Shown: positions 1-9,612 of the stretch, piece by piece
How the letters are laid out: every line of letters begins with the position of its first letter
Numbering within the stretch: position 1 is the first letter of the stretch
DNA from: Alphaproteobacteria bacterium
Lineage (GTDB): Bacteria; Pseudomonadota; Alphaproteobacteria; JAAXGF01
Direction of reading: 5' to 3'
Assembly (NCBI GenBank): GCA_963555825.3
Contig: CAUVXB020000002.1
Span: 2,688,001-2,752,000, forward strand
DNA: 64,000 nt
The notes under the pieces: model-generated
Told to the model about the DNA's origin: nothing
Databases searched by the model: none
Seen by the model: only the letters and a program-made list of their open reading frames with translations
Program-made: the position numbers and the translations under genes

Positions 1-1381
1 CGCGTTCCAGCACGCGGGCGACGCGGAACGTCATGGCGTCGTCGTAGGGTCGGCCGACGATCTGGATGTCGGTCGGCAGGCCCGCGTCAGTCATGCCCGA
101 CGGCACCGCGAGCACCGGGCAGCGGCTGAACATGTTGAACAGCACGGTCATCGCCATGTCGGTGTCGGTCAGCGCCCGGCCGTCGATCACGATCGTGTCC
201 TTCTGCCAGTTCGCGGCGGGAATCTCGGGGCACGACACGGTCGGGCAGATGAAGGCGTCGAAGTCGCGCAGGATCGGCCCCAGTCGGTCGTGCCAGAACG
301 CGCCGGCGAGCGTGAGCGAACGCCGGTAGTCGTCGGCGCTGAAGCCGCGCGCGGTCTCGGCGAGTTGCGGCACGTAGTCGCTGACGATGTCGCCGTGGTC
401 CGCGACGGCGCCGGCGATGACGTCGGCGAAGAGGAACTCCGGGGCGCCGTGGGCGAGCCGGATCACCTCGCCGGCGCCTTCGAGCGCGACCTCGACGACC
501 TCGGCGCCGGCGGCGGCGAGCGCAGCCAGCGCGGCGGCGGTCTCGCGCCGGACGTCGTCGACCACCGCGTAGTGGCCGAGGTCGGTCGAGAAGGCGATGC
601 GCAGACCGGCGACGCCCGGCGGGGTGTCCGGGATGGTCAGCCGGCGGGTCAGCGCCGCGTGGTCGAGCGGGTCGGGCCCCGACATGACGTTCGCCATCAA
701 TGCCGCGTCGGCCACCGAGCGCGTCATCGGCCCGACCTGCAGATAGGTGTCGAACGAGGAGGCGGCCGGCAGCGGGAGGCGGCCGTAGGGCGGCTTGTAG
801 CCGACGATGCCGCACTGGCTCGCCGGCTGGCGGATCGAGCCGGTGCTGTCGCCGCCGGTCGCGATGGTCGCGGCGCCGGCGGCGAGCGCGGCGGCCGAGC
901 CGCCCGACGAGCCGCCCGGCGTGACGTCGAGCCGCCACGGGTTGCGCGTCACGCCCCACAGGCGCGAGTGGGTGGTGAACAGCCAGCCGAACTCGGGCAT
1001 CGTCGTGCGCGCGAACAAGTTGGCGCCGGCGCGCAAGAGCCGCGCGATCGAAACATCGGTGGCGTTCGCGATGCTGTCCTTGTCGATCAACGAGCCGCCG
1101 GTCGCGCGCCGGCCGCGGATCGCGGCGCCTTCCTTGACCGCGAGCGGCAGGCCCTCGAGCCGGCGTGGCCGGCCGTCGGTCCGCGTGTATTTCGCCTCGG
1201 CCTTCCTGGCGCGCGCAATCGCCTCGTCGAAGTAGCGGTCGGCGAAGGGATTGACGGTGTCGGCGATCGCCTCGGCGCGGGCGATCACCGCCGCGCTCAG
1301 TTCGACCGGCGAGAGCGAGCGGTCGCGAAATCGCGCCAGCGCCTCGGTCGCCGGCATATAGCAGAGATCGTCGTCGAGCAT
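1..1381 (-). CDS. Amidase signature family protein (3' end runs off window)
   Basis: Manual translation from ATG at 1381 gives MLDDDLCYMPATEALARFRDRSLSPVEL. Contains PLAVKE, PGGSSGGS, GGDSTGSIRQPA and C-terminal LPTDIQIVGRPYDD. Absent from the ORF track because there is no stop in the window. Confidence 0.9.
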   Translation of the reverse strand, partial: MLDDDLCYMPATEALARFRDRSLSPVELSAAVIARAEAIADTVNPFADRYFDEAIARARKAEAKYTRTDGRPRRLEGLPLAVKEGAAIRGRRATGGSLIDKDSIANATDVSIARLLRAGANLFARTTMPEFGWLFTTHSRLWGVTRNPWRLDVTPGGSSGGSAAALAAGAATIATGGDSTGSIRQPASQCGIVGYKPPYGRLPLPAASSFDTYLQVGPMTRSVADAALMANVMSGPDPLDHAALTRRLTIPDTPPGVAGLRIAFSTDLGHYAVVDDVRRETAAALAALAAAGAEVVEVALEGAGEVIRLAHGAPEFLFADVIAGAVADHGDIVSDYVPQLAETARGFSADDYRRSLTLAGAFWHDRLGPILRDFDAFICPTVSCPEIPAANWQKDTIVIDGRALTDTDMAMTVLFNMFSRCPVLAVPSGMTDAGLPTDIQIVGRPYDDAMTFRVARVLER

Positions 1382-1497
1382 CCTGGGCCTCGCGTTGCGA
1401 ATGGTGAGAATTCCAGCTCCGGAAAAATCATAGCGCAATCGCGCGCCGCGCGCGTGGCGCCGCTTGACCCACCTGCGCAGCGCACTTAGCATGCGTC

Positions 1498-1672
1498 CCG
1501 GTGGTCCTCCGCGAGGAGGCGAAGAGGGAACGCGGTGCGCGCCCATTTGGGCGCAATTCCGCGGCTGTTCCCGCAACTGTGAGCGACGAGTTTCCGGCCG
1601 ACGCGCGCCACTGGGAAAACCGGGAAGGCCAGGCCGGCGACAGCGACCCGCGAGCCAGGAGACCTGCCACCG
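1498..1672 (+). promoter_or_regulatory. Cobalamin (B12) riboswitch upstream of cbtBA
   Basis: Conserved blocks AAGAGGGAA-CGCGGTG, CCGCGGCTG-TTCCCGCAACTGT, GCCACTGGG..CCGGGAAGG and GAGCCAGGAGACCTGCC. Confidence 0.93.
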
Positions 1673-1764
1673 AATGCACCGCCGAGACGGCGCCCGCGGC
1701 CTCACGCGGCGCCCGTCTGGGGGAAGGCGGCGCGCCTGAGATGTATGCAACGGAGGATTGCCCG

Positions 1765-1947
1765 ATGTCCGATCGCACCGAGACCCCCACGGCGGAAACC
1801 GCCGGCCTGACCAGCCGCCTGGCCGCGCCGATCTTCGCCATCCTGCTCGGCGCCTTCATGCTCTACGGCGTCGGTGTCGCGCCCCTCGATGCGGCACACA
1901 ACGCGGCGCATGATTCGCGGCACAGCTTCGCGTTTCCCTGCCACTAA
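1765..1947 (+). CDS. cbtB: Cobalt transporter small subunit CbtB
   Basis: One hydrophobic helix plus HNAAHDSRHSFAFPCH C-terminus. GGAGGA RBS; downstream of the riboswitch. Confidence 0.93.
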   Translation: MSDRTETPTAETAGLTSRLAAPIFAILLGAFMLYGVGVAPLDAAHNAAHDSRHSFAFPCH

Positions 1948-2086
1948 AGCATGATCCGAACGATTGGAATCGATCGGATTATGCCAGCCTGCGACCGCAG
2001 GCCGCCGACCGTTCGGCGGAAGCTTGCGCGGCGCTTGAGCGCAGGTCAGATTTACGCGAGTCAAAGATGACCGCACAAAGCACTAG
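1945..2086 (+). repeat. Structured intergenic repeat / MITE-like, family C copy 1
   Basis: Palindrome GCATGATCCGA/TCGGATTATGC followed by hairpins. 1977-2048 is similar to 15659-15749. Confidence 0.6.
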
Positions 2087-2098
2087 GTTCTTCGTGAC

Positions 2099-2755
2099 AT
2101 GCTGAGACGGATCCTGGCGACGGCGGTCATCGCCGGCTTTGTCGCGGGCATCGCCATCTCGCTCGTCCAGTCGGTCTGGGTCGCGCCGCTGGTCCTGCAC
2201 GCCGAGACCTACGAGGTCGCCGCGGCGATGGGCGAGGCCGCGTCGGCGCAGCAACCCTGGGCGCCCGAGGACGGCGTCGAGAGGACGATGTATTCGGCAC
2301 TCGCCAACGTGGTGGCCGGCGTCGCCTTCGGCCTCGTGTTGGTCGGCGCGATCTCGCTCTCGGGCCGCGAGGTCGACTGGCGGCGTGGATTGCTGTGGGG
2401 CCTCGGCGGTTTCGTGGCGTTCGCGCTCGCGCCGGCGATCGGCTTGCTGCCCGACCCACCCGGCGTCGACGCCGGGCCGCTCTTGGGCCGTCAGATCTGG
2501 TGGCTCGGCACCGTCGCGGCGAGCGCGGCGGGCCTCGCGGCTCTCGTCTTCGCGCGGCGTCCGGCGCTGAAGCTCGGCGGGGTGGCGCTGTTGATCCTGC
2601 CGCACGCCATCGGCGCGCCGCACGTCGACGTCTACGGCGGCGCGACGCCGGCCGATGTCATCGACGACTTCATCGTCGCGTCGTTGGTCACGACGGGCCT
2701 ATTCTGGCTCACCCTCGGCGGCTTCACCGGGCTTCTGTACCGCCGTTTCGCTTAA
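2099..2755 (+). CDS. cbtA: Cobalt transporter subunit CbtA
   Basis: PLVLHAETYE, WAPEDGVER, RQIWWLGTV, LPHAIGAPH; multiple TM helices. Confidence 0.93.
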   Translation: MLRRILATAVIAGFVAGIAISLVQSVWVAPLVLHAETYEVAAAMGEAASAQQPWAPEDGVERTMYSALANVVAGVAFGLVLVGAISLSGREVDWRRGLLWGLGGFVAFALAPAIGLLPDPPGVDAGPLLGRQIWWLGTVAASAAGLAALVFARRPALKLGGVALLILPHAIGAPHVDVYGGATPADVIDDFIVASLVTTGLFWLTLGGFTGLLYRRFA

Positions 2756-4226
2756 CAGCCCGTTGACGAATTCTTCCCTGGACGAAGTCGGCATGGTCTG
2801 ATTCTCTGGTGTCCTGGCCTGAAGGGGGGTTCGCTGATGGCGATGGGACAGCAGAAGGATCGTCAGGGGGACTTGATGGTGAGCTGGTCGGAGATGCCGC
2901 GCTCGCCAGGTCATGTATTTTACGACCGCCTGCAGTTGGTACTGATCGAGGGCGGCTTCGACGGCTTCGCCGAGGCGGTCTGCCAGCCCTATTACGCGGC
3001 CAGGATGGGGGCGCCTTCGGTGCCACCCGGGCGCTACTTCCGTATGCACCTGGTGGGCTACTTCGAGGGTATCGACTCTGAGCGTGGGCTGGAGTGGCGG
3101 TGCTCGGATTCCCTGTCGCTACGGGAGTTCCTGCTGTTGGAGAGGCGGGAACGGGTGCCGGACCATTCCTGGCTGTCACGGACCCGCGCGCGCCTGCCCC
3201 ATGAAGTCCACACGGCGGTGTTTGACTGGGTCCTGGCGCTGATCGCCGAGGCGGGTCTGGTGAAGGGCGAGCGCATCGGGGTGGATGCCTCGACCATGGA
3301 GGCCAACGCGGCGCTGCGCAACATCGTGCGGAGGGACACGGGCGAGGGTTACCGGGGGATGCTGGAGCGCTTGGCCCAGGAGAGCGGTATCGAGACACCC
3401 ACGGCTGAGGACCTGGCGCGTCTGGACCGCAAGCGCAAGGGCAAGAAGCTCTCGAACCAGGACTGGGTTTCCAGGAGCGACCCCGAGGCCAAGATCGCCA
3501 AGATGAAGGACGGCACCACGCACCTGGCCTACAAGCCCGAGCACGCGGTGGATCTGGACACCGGCGCGGTGGTGGCGGCGGAGCTGCACCCGGCCGACGA
3601 GGGCGATACGACAACGCTTCCCAAGACCCTGGCGGCGGCCGAGGCAAACCTCGAGGCGGTGGATGTGGCGCCGACGGCCGAAGATCCGGCCGAATGTGTG
3701 ACCGATAAGGGCTACCACTCACGGTTGGTCTTGAAGGCGCTCGACGACGGCCCCTGGAAGAGCCGGATCTCCGAGCCCAAGCAGAAGGGTTTTGCGCGCT
3801 GGCACGGAGATGATGCGGCTCGCCGGGCGGTCACCAACAACCGGACCCGGCTGTTATCGGGGGTGGCCAGGGAAGCCTTCAAGCTGCGCGCCGAGATCGT
3901 CGAGCGCTCCTTTGCCCACAACCTCGATCGCGGCGGCATGCGCCGGACCTGGCTTCGGGGCCGCGAGAACGTGCACAAGCGATACCTGCTTCACGTCGCC
4001 GGCCACAACCTATCGTTGCTGATGCGCCAACTCATCGGCGCCGGCACCCCGAAGGAGGCCGTGGCGGGCGGAATTGGCGCCTTGTTCGTGCTTGTTACGC
4101 CCGCTGGAGCCGTCCTGGTCGTTCAGATCGTCCTCATCGTCTCGGAGGATGGCGAAACCGCCTTCGCCGCGATATGCTTCGCCGTGGCGTGAAACCCGGT
4201 CAATGACGCCTTTTTCAACGGGCTGC
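2755..4226 (+). mobile_element. IS5/IS1182-like insertion sequence, copy 1
   Basis: TIRs ACAGCCCGTTGA / TCAACGGGCTGC with TA duplicated on both flanks; inserted at the cbtA stop codon. Confidence 0.9.
2837..4192 (+). CDS. DDE transposase (IS5/IS1182-like)
   Basis: GIDSERGLEWRCSDSLSLREFL, VPDHS, GVDASTMEANA, TDKGY, R..IVERSFA. Confidence 0.92.
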   Translation: MAMGQQKDRQGDLMVSWSEMPRSPGHVFYDRLQLVLIEGGFDGFAEAVCQPYYAARMGAPSVPPGRYFRMHLVGYFEGIDSERGLEWRCSDSLSLREFLLLERRERVPDHSWLSRTRARLPHEVHTAVFDWVLALIAEAGLVKGERIGVDASTMEANAALRNIVRRDTGEGYRGMLERLAQESGIETPTAEDLARLDRKRKGKKLSNQDWVSRSDPEAKIAKMKDGTTHLAYKPEHAVDLDTGAVVAAELHPADEGDTTTLPKTLAAAEANLEAVDVAPTAEDPAECVTDKGYHSRLVLKALDDGPWKSRISEPKQKGFARWHGDDAARRAVTNNRTRLLSGVAREAFKLRAEIVERSFAHNLDRGGMRRTWLRGRENVHKRYLLHVAGHNLSLLMRQLIGAGTPKEAVAGGIGALFVLVTPAGAVLVVQIVLIVSEDGETAFAAICFAVA

Positions 4227-4240
4227 TAAGGGCGGCCATC

Positions 4241-5137
4241 ATGCCGACGGTTCGCGGCGCTATTCGTTTGAATCCGAAGCTTGGAACGGTCTTGTGGCGT
4301 GTCCTGATAGCCTTGTGCCTGTCGGCGACGACAGCCATCGACGGTGTGGCGCAGGACAACGACTACGCGCCGAAGGGCACGACGCCGGTGTCCGAAATGT
4401 CGACCGACGATTGGATCGACCCCGACGAGCTCGAACGCACCTGGAACGCGGCGAAGGTCCGCATTCCGCTCGCCACGGGCGTGGTTAAGACGATCATGGC
4501 CGAGCTGACGACCGTGCCCAATGAGCGGTTCCCGCTGGTCGTCTACATGCACGGCTGCAACGGGTTCTGGGCCGGCACCGATCGGCGCATCGATTTTCTC
4601 GCGCGCGTCGGCTACGCGGCGATCGCGCCGAACAGCTTCGCGCGACGGAAGGTGCCGATGAATTGCGATCCCCGCGCACGGCGCGGCGGGTTCTATCGTG
4701 GCACGCTCAAGATGCGCCAATTCGAAGCGGCTTACGCCATCGAACGGGCGCGGGCGCTGCCCTGGGTCGATCCCGACAACGTCTTCCTGATGGGGCTGAG
4801 CCAGGGCGGCATCACCACGGCGACGCTCGAGGAAGCCGGCCGGCCGGTCAACGCGCGCATCATCGAGGGTTGGGGCTGCCACGCCGGCTGGTTCGAATAC
4901 AAGGGGCTAAACGCGGCGCCGGGACAGCCCGTGCTGGCGCTGGTCGCGGCCAACGACCCCTGGTTCCGCGCCGACTACCTGCAAGGCGACTGTGGCGCCT
5001 TCATGGACGACGCCGATGCGAGCGGCAGCCGGTCGGTGGTCTTCGATTCGGGCCCACTGCAGTACAAGCATGCGCTGCTCGAATCCGCTGAGGTCCAGGC
5101 GATCGTCCGGGACTTCCTCGAGCGGCACCGGAACTAG
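4241..5137 (+). CDS. Dienelactone hydrolase-like alpha/beta hydrolase, probably exported
   Basis: VVYMHGCNG, GYAAIAPNS, nucleophile elbow GLSQGG, DPWF and a late His; N-terminal hydrophobic stretch. Exact start uncertain. Confidence 0.8.
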   Translation: MPTVRGAIRLNPKLGTVLWRVLIALCLSATTAIDGVAQDNDYAPKGTTPVSEMSTDDWIDPDELERTWNAAKVRIPLATGVVKTIMAELTTVPNERFPLVVYMHGCNGFWAGTDRRIDFLARVGYAAIAPNSFARRKVPMNCDPRARRGGFYRGTLKMRQFEAAYAIERARALPWVDPDNVFLMGLSQGGITTATLEEAGRPVNARIIEGWGCHAGWFEYKGLNAAPGQPVLALVAANDPWFRADYLQGDCGAFMDDADASGSRSVVFDSGPLQYKHALLESAEVQAIVRDFLERHRN

Positions 5138-5261
5138 GCGGGCCTTTTAGCCGTCCTCGCCGCTGACGCCGGCCACGTCGGGGCGCAACGACAGCACTGA
5201 ATCGAGTTTTCGATGCAGCGCCATGTTGCAGTTCCACGCCACCAACCGAATCGGCTGTCCG

Positions 5262-5903
5262 TTATGTAGGGCTCGAGAGAAGCTTCAGGCCAACAAACGC
5301 AAAGAATGCGCCGAGGGTGCTTTGAATCCAGCGGCGCGCCTTGCCGTAGAGTCGCACCATCGGCGTGGTCGAGAAGGCTATTGCATAGACGCAGTGAATG
5401 ACGACCGAAAGGACGGTCGTGCCGACGACGATCGAAACGGCGACCCAAATAGGCCCACCTGCCTGAAGGCCCAGCGAGATGATCGCGATCCAGGCCAGCG
5501 CCGCCTTCGGATTGGACATCTGGATCATCAAACCGCGAAGATAATAGTCGCGTGGACTCAGGCCCTCGCCGCCCAACGTTCTGGCCTCGATGCCATGCCG
5601 CGAAGCCGCGGCTCGGAACGACTTGTAGGCGAGCCACAAGAGATAGAGACCGCCCGCGATCTTGATGGCAGTCAGCGCAACCGCATAGGACGCAAGCAGC
5701 GCGGACAAACCCGTGGCGGTCAGCATTGCCCAACAGAACGAACCGCTGGCGACACCGAGGGAAAGTGCAATCCCCGACGACCTGCCGATGTTCATTGATG
5801 TTGCCATGATCGCGAGTATGTTCGGCCCAGGGCTCATGATCGATAGCAGAAAGGCTGTATAGGCGAGGATGATACCCGGCAGGTAGACGGAAATCTGGTC
5901 CAT
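5262..5903 (-). CDS. LysE/RhtB family translocator
   Basis: MSPGPN, KIAGGLYLLWLA and SNPKA motifs. Confidence 0.93.
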   Translation of the reverse strand: MDQISVYLPGIILAYTAFLLSIMSPGPNILAIMATSMNIGRSSGIALSLGVASGSFCWAMLTATGLSALLASYAVALTAIKIAGGLYLLWLAYKSFRAAASRHGIEARTLGGEGLSPRDYYLRGLMIQMSNPKAALAWIAIISLGLQAGGPIWVAVSIVVGTTVLSVVIHCVYAIAFSTTPMVRLYGKARRWIQSTLGAFFAFVGLKLLSSPT

Positions 5904-6166
5904 TGGCGTTGCCTCTCTCCAAAATGCCCGGTTGGGAGCTTACCAAGTTGACGGGCTCTCATAATTTGGTAATCATCAAACGATGAAAGATGGCCCCGAC
6001 ATCTCCGTCACTGCTGCGTTAATCGGCGACCCGGCGCGCGCAAATATGATCATGGCAATGATGTCTGGCCTGTCCCACACCGCAGCGGAACTGGCGCGTC
6101 AAGCAGGTGTCACACCTTCCACCGCGAGCGGTGTATCGCACCCGGTTCCTTGGACACAAGTTTGTC

Positions 6167-7078
6167 TCATGCGGCGGGCCTGAGTGACATCGCGGTGTGC
6201 CACGCCTGACGAGCTTGAGCGGGGCTCAGGTAGCCGTTCTTCTCCACGATCCACTGGGCATTGTACTGTTCGACGAACCCGCGGACGGCGTTCCGCAGCT
6301 CCGCGATGTTGCGGTAGATGCGGCCATGGATGATCTGTTCCTTGAGCGTGCGATTGAACCTCTCGGCGACGCCGTTGGTCTGGGGCTGTTCGACGAAGGC
6401 GTAGGACGGCTGGATGCCCCAGAACTTGATCTGGTTGGTGAAGTGGTCCGACAGATACTGGGAGCCGTGATCCATCCGCAAGGCCAGCCCCCGCGCCGCA
6501 CCGGCGGAGGTCGAGGCATACAGCCTCGCAAGCCCCATGGAGATCGGCTGAAGGGCGGCGAAGCGGTCGCCTCGCTTGCACACATGCCAGCCGACGCACT
6601 CGGCGTTCCAATGCTCGATGGCGGTGAATATCCAGCCCCAGCCGTCGTCCACCGTGAACACCCGAACGCCGTCCGTGCCCCACATGAGGTTGGGGGCATG
6701 GGTGATGATCTCACCGACATGGGGATTTCCGCCACGGCGGCGGCAGCGATGGGGCGAGAGCAGGTTGTTCTCGCGCATCACCCGGAGCCCCCGCTTGCGG
6801 GAAACACGGATGCCACGACAGACCCGAAGCCGAGCCCAGACCTTGCGGTGTCCCTCGCCCTCCCAGGGGGATGCCTCCAGGTCGGCCTCGATGGCCACCA
6901 GCAGAGCCTCGTCCGAGATCGAGGGCTTCGGTCCCCGGCGCTTTGCTGGTGGGCGCTCAGCGGTGGCCTGCTGCCGGGATTTCATGGCGTAGAACGAGGA
7001 ACGGGCAAAACCCCAGGCCGCACAGACCCGCTGGAGGCCGTAGGCCAAACCCGTGCCGGGAGAGGTGGCGGCACTCAT
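6167..7078 (-). CDS. IS3-family transposase OrfB (integrase core)
   Basis: PNLMWGTD, RMDHGSQY, PQTNGVAERFNRTLKEQ. Confidence 0.92.
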   Translation of the reverse strand: MSAATSPGTGLAYGLQRVCAAWGFARSSFYAMKSRQQATAERPPAKRRGPKPSISDEALLVAIEADLEASPWEGEGHRKVWARLRVCRGIRVSRKRGLRVMRENNLLSPHRCRRRGGNPHVGEIITHAPNLMWGTDGVRVFTVDDGWGWIFTAIEHWNAECVGWHVCKRGDRFAALQPISMGLARLYASTSAGAARGLALRMDHGSQYLSDHFTNQIKFWGIQPSYAFVEQPQTNGVAERFNRTLKEQIIHGRIYRNIAELRNAVRGFVEQYNAQWIVEKNGYLSPAQARQAWHTAMSLRPAA

Positions 7079-7506
7079 CGCCGCGACCTCCGCCGCCCCA
7101 AAGGGCCGGACGTCTCCGTCTTGGCCTCCAGCAGTTCCACCTGCATGATCAACTCCCCGATCCGCTTCATGGCGATGTCCAGTTCCGCCTTCACCGGATC
7201 GCCCTTGCGTTCCTTGAGCGAGGCATCGATCCCGGCGATCGCCTTCTCACGCCACTGCTCGAGCCGGAAAATCTCCACGCCCAACTGCCGCGACAAAAGT
7301 TCCACCGGCTCGCCACGCAAAAGCCGCAGGGCAACCTCACGCTTGCGCGTCACCGTCCACCGCTGGCCAAGTCCCAGCGGGCCTGCCGGCGAAACCTGGC
7401 CCGGGGAAAACGTGGACGAGCCAAGCTCGCCCTCGTTTACCACAGGCCCATCAACAGCAACTTTGTTCTCAAAATTGTCGGTCATGTTCCGGTCCTCCTT
7501 GGACAC
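7075..7506 (-). CDS. IS3-family OrfA (HTH)
   Basis: RKREVALRLLRGEPVELLSRQLGV..WRE; ATGA overlap with orfB. Confidence 0.85.
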   Translation of the reverse strand: MSKEDRNMTDNFENKVAVDGPVVNEGELGSSTFSPGQVSPAGPLGLGQRWTVTRKREVALRLLRGEPVELLSRQLGVEIFRLEQWREKAIAGIDASLKERKGDPVKAELDIAMKRIGELIMQVELLEAKTETSGPLGRRRSRR

Positions 7507-8149
7507 TTCGATTAAGCCAATTCTGTGTCCAAGGAAATCGGGTCCGACTCATCCACCGCGAGCGGGCACCTGGCAAAGCTCGAAACATGCGGGCTGATTG
7601 CCCGCGAGAAACAAGGCCGCCATCATTACTTCCGTATCGCCGACTCTGATGTGGCGCATGCCGTGGAAGCCCTGGTTACCATTGCCGCTAGGGTTGGGCA
7701 TTTACGGTCCCGGCCGGGTCCAAGGGACGAGGCAATGCGACATGCCCGCTCCTGCTATGATCATCTGGCCGGGCATCTCGCGGTTGATATGTTCCAGCAC
7801 TGGGTTTCAAGCCGTGCGATCACCTGGCGCGATGAGGTTGTCCATTTCACTCGCAAGGGGCGCCGCTTCCTCACTGATCGCGGCATCGACGTCGCGGCAC
7901 TGGAACGCAAGAAACGCCCGCTCTGCCGCACATGCATTGACTGGAGCGAGCGTCGAAATCACCTCGGCGGCAGCATCGGTGCGGCGGTCCTTTCGAATAT
8001 TCTGGAAAGCGGCTGGGCGGTTCGGGAAGCGGGCTCTCGCACAGTCCAGTTTAGCGCGCGAGGCGAGAAGAGTTTTGTTGCCCGGTATTCAGCCTAGCAC
8101 ATCGTTCGGGACAGTCTGAGGTGGTCCCAGAAAATCGGACAGGGAGCTA

Positions 8150-9612
8150 ACAGCCCGTTGACGAAGTCGGCACTGGACGCAAGCGGCCTGGTCTGATTCT
8201 TTGATGTTCTGATTTGACCGGAGGATTCGCCGATGGCGATGGGACAGCAGAAGGATCGTCAGGGGGACTTGATGGTGGGCTGGGCGGAGATGCCGCGCTC
8301 GCCGGGTCATGTGTTTTACGACCGCCTGCAGTCGGTGCTGATCGAGGGCGGCTTCGACGCCTTTGCCGAGGCGAGCTGCCGGCCCTATTACGCGGCCAGG
8401 ATGGGCGCGCCCTCGGTGCCGCCCGGGCGCTATTTCCGCATGCACCTGGTGGGCTACTTCGAGGGCATCGACTCAGAGCGCGGTCTGGAGTGGCGTTGCT
8501 CGGATTCCCTGTCGCTGCGGGAGTTCCTGCGACTGGGGAGCCGTGAGCGGGTGCCGGACCATTCCTGGCTGTCGAAGACCCGCGCGCGCCTGCCCCATGA
8601 AGTCCACGCGGCGGTCTTCGACTGGGTTCTGGCCTTGATCGGCGAGGCGGGTCTGGTGAAGGGCGAGCGCATCGGGGTGGATGCCTCGACCATGGAGGCC
8701 AACGCGGCGCTGCGCAACATCGTGCGGCGCGACACGGGTGAAGGCTACCGGGAGATGCTGGAGCACCTGGCCCGGGAGAGCGGCATCGAGACGCCCACGG
8801 CCGAGGACCTGGCGCGTCTGGACCGCAAGCGCAAGGGCAAGAAGCTTTCCAACGAGGACTGGGTTTCGAAGAGCGACCCCGAGGCCAAGATCGCCAAGAT
8901 GAAGGACGGCACGACGCATCTGGCCTACAAGCCCGAGCACGCGGTGGATCTGGACACCGGCGCGGTGGTGGCCGCCGAGCTGCACCCGGCCGACGAGGGC
9001 GACACGACGACGCTTCCCAAAACGTTGGAGACGGCCAAGGAGAACCTTGCGAGCGTTGACGCGGCGCCGACGGCAGAGGACCCGGCCGAATGTGTGACCG
9101 ACAAAGGCTATCACTCACGGGCGGTCTTGAAGGCCTTGGACAACGGCCCGTGGAAGACCCGGATCGCCGAGCCCAAGCAGAAGGGCTTCGCGCGCTGGCG
9201 CGGCGACGAGGCGGCGCGGCGCGCGGTCACCAACAACCGGACCCGGCTGTTATCGGGGGTGGCCAAGCAAGCCTTCAAGCTGCGCGCCGAGATCGTCGAG
9301 CGCTCCTTCGCCCACAACCTCGATCGCGGCGGCATGCGCCGGACCTGGCTTCGGGGCCGCGAGAACGTGCACAAGCGATACCTGCTCCACGTCGCCGGCC
9401 ACAACCTATCGTTGCTGATGCGCCAACTCATCGGCGCCGGCACCCCGCGCGAGGCCGTGGCGGGCGGATATGGCGGTATTTTCGTGCTGCTCACGCCCAC
9501 CGGGGCCATGCTGGTCGCACTGGGGGTCTCGCAAAGCGGCCAGACGGTTTTCGCCGCCGCATTCCTCATCTGGGAGTGAGAGCCGGAAAAAGCCACTTAA
9601 TCAACGGGCTGC
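8150..9612 (+). mobile_element. IS5/IS1182-like insertion sequence, copy 2 (diverged isoform)
   Basis: Same TIRs as 2755-4226, with TA duplication. Confidence 0.9.
8233..9579 (+). CDS. DDE transposase (IS5/IS1182-like)
   Basis: Close paralog of 2837-4192. Confidence 0.92.
   Translation: MAMGQQKDRQGDLMVGWAEMPRSPGHVFYDRLQSVLIEGGFDAFAEASCRPYYAARMGAPSVPPGRYFRMHLVGYFEGIDSERGLEWRCSDSLSLREFLRLGSRERVPDHSWLSKTRARLPHEVHAAVFDWVLALIGEAGLVKGERIGVDASTMEANAALRNIVRRDTGEGYREMLEHLARESGIETPTAEDLARLDRKRKGKKLSNEDWVSKSDPEAKIAKMKDGTTHLAYKPEHAVDLDTGAVVAAELHPADEGDTTTLPKTLETAKENLASVDAAPTAEDPAECVTDKGYHSRAVLKALDNGPWKTRIAEPKQKGFARWRGDEAARRAVTNNRTRLLSGVAKQAFKLRAEIVERSFAHNLDRGGMRRTWLRGRENVHKRYLLHVAGHNLSLLMRQLIGAGTPREAVAGGYGGIFVLLTPTGAMLVALGVSQSGQTVFAAAFLIWE

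Larger units (their letters stand above)
6132..7551 (-). mobile_element. IS3-family element with a 14-bp target duplication
   Basis: TG...CA ends with imperfect TIRs (TTCCTTGGACACA / TGTGTCCAAGGAA). TCCACCGCGAGCGG is present at both 6118-6131 and 7552-7565. Confidence 0.9.
5983..8097 (+). pseudogene. ArsR-family winged-helix regulator interrupted by an IS3-family element
   Basis: 5983-6131 (IGDPARANM..AGVTPSTASG) joins in frame to 7566-8097 (HLAKL..QGRHHYFRIA..ARSCYDHLAG..CIDWSERRNHLGG). Confidence 0.92.

Noticed and set aside
290-1489. 399-aa plus-strand ORF
   Set aside because: Antisense to the amidase, which has clear signature motifs.
1501-1764. Long N-terminal extension of CbtB
   Set aside because: Overlaps the riboswitch; the RBS supports the start at 1765.
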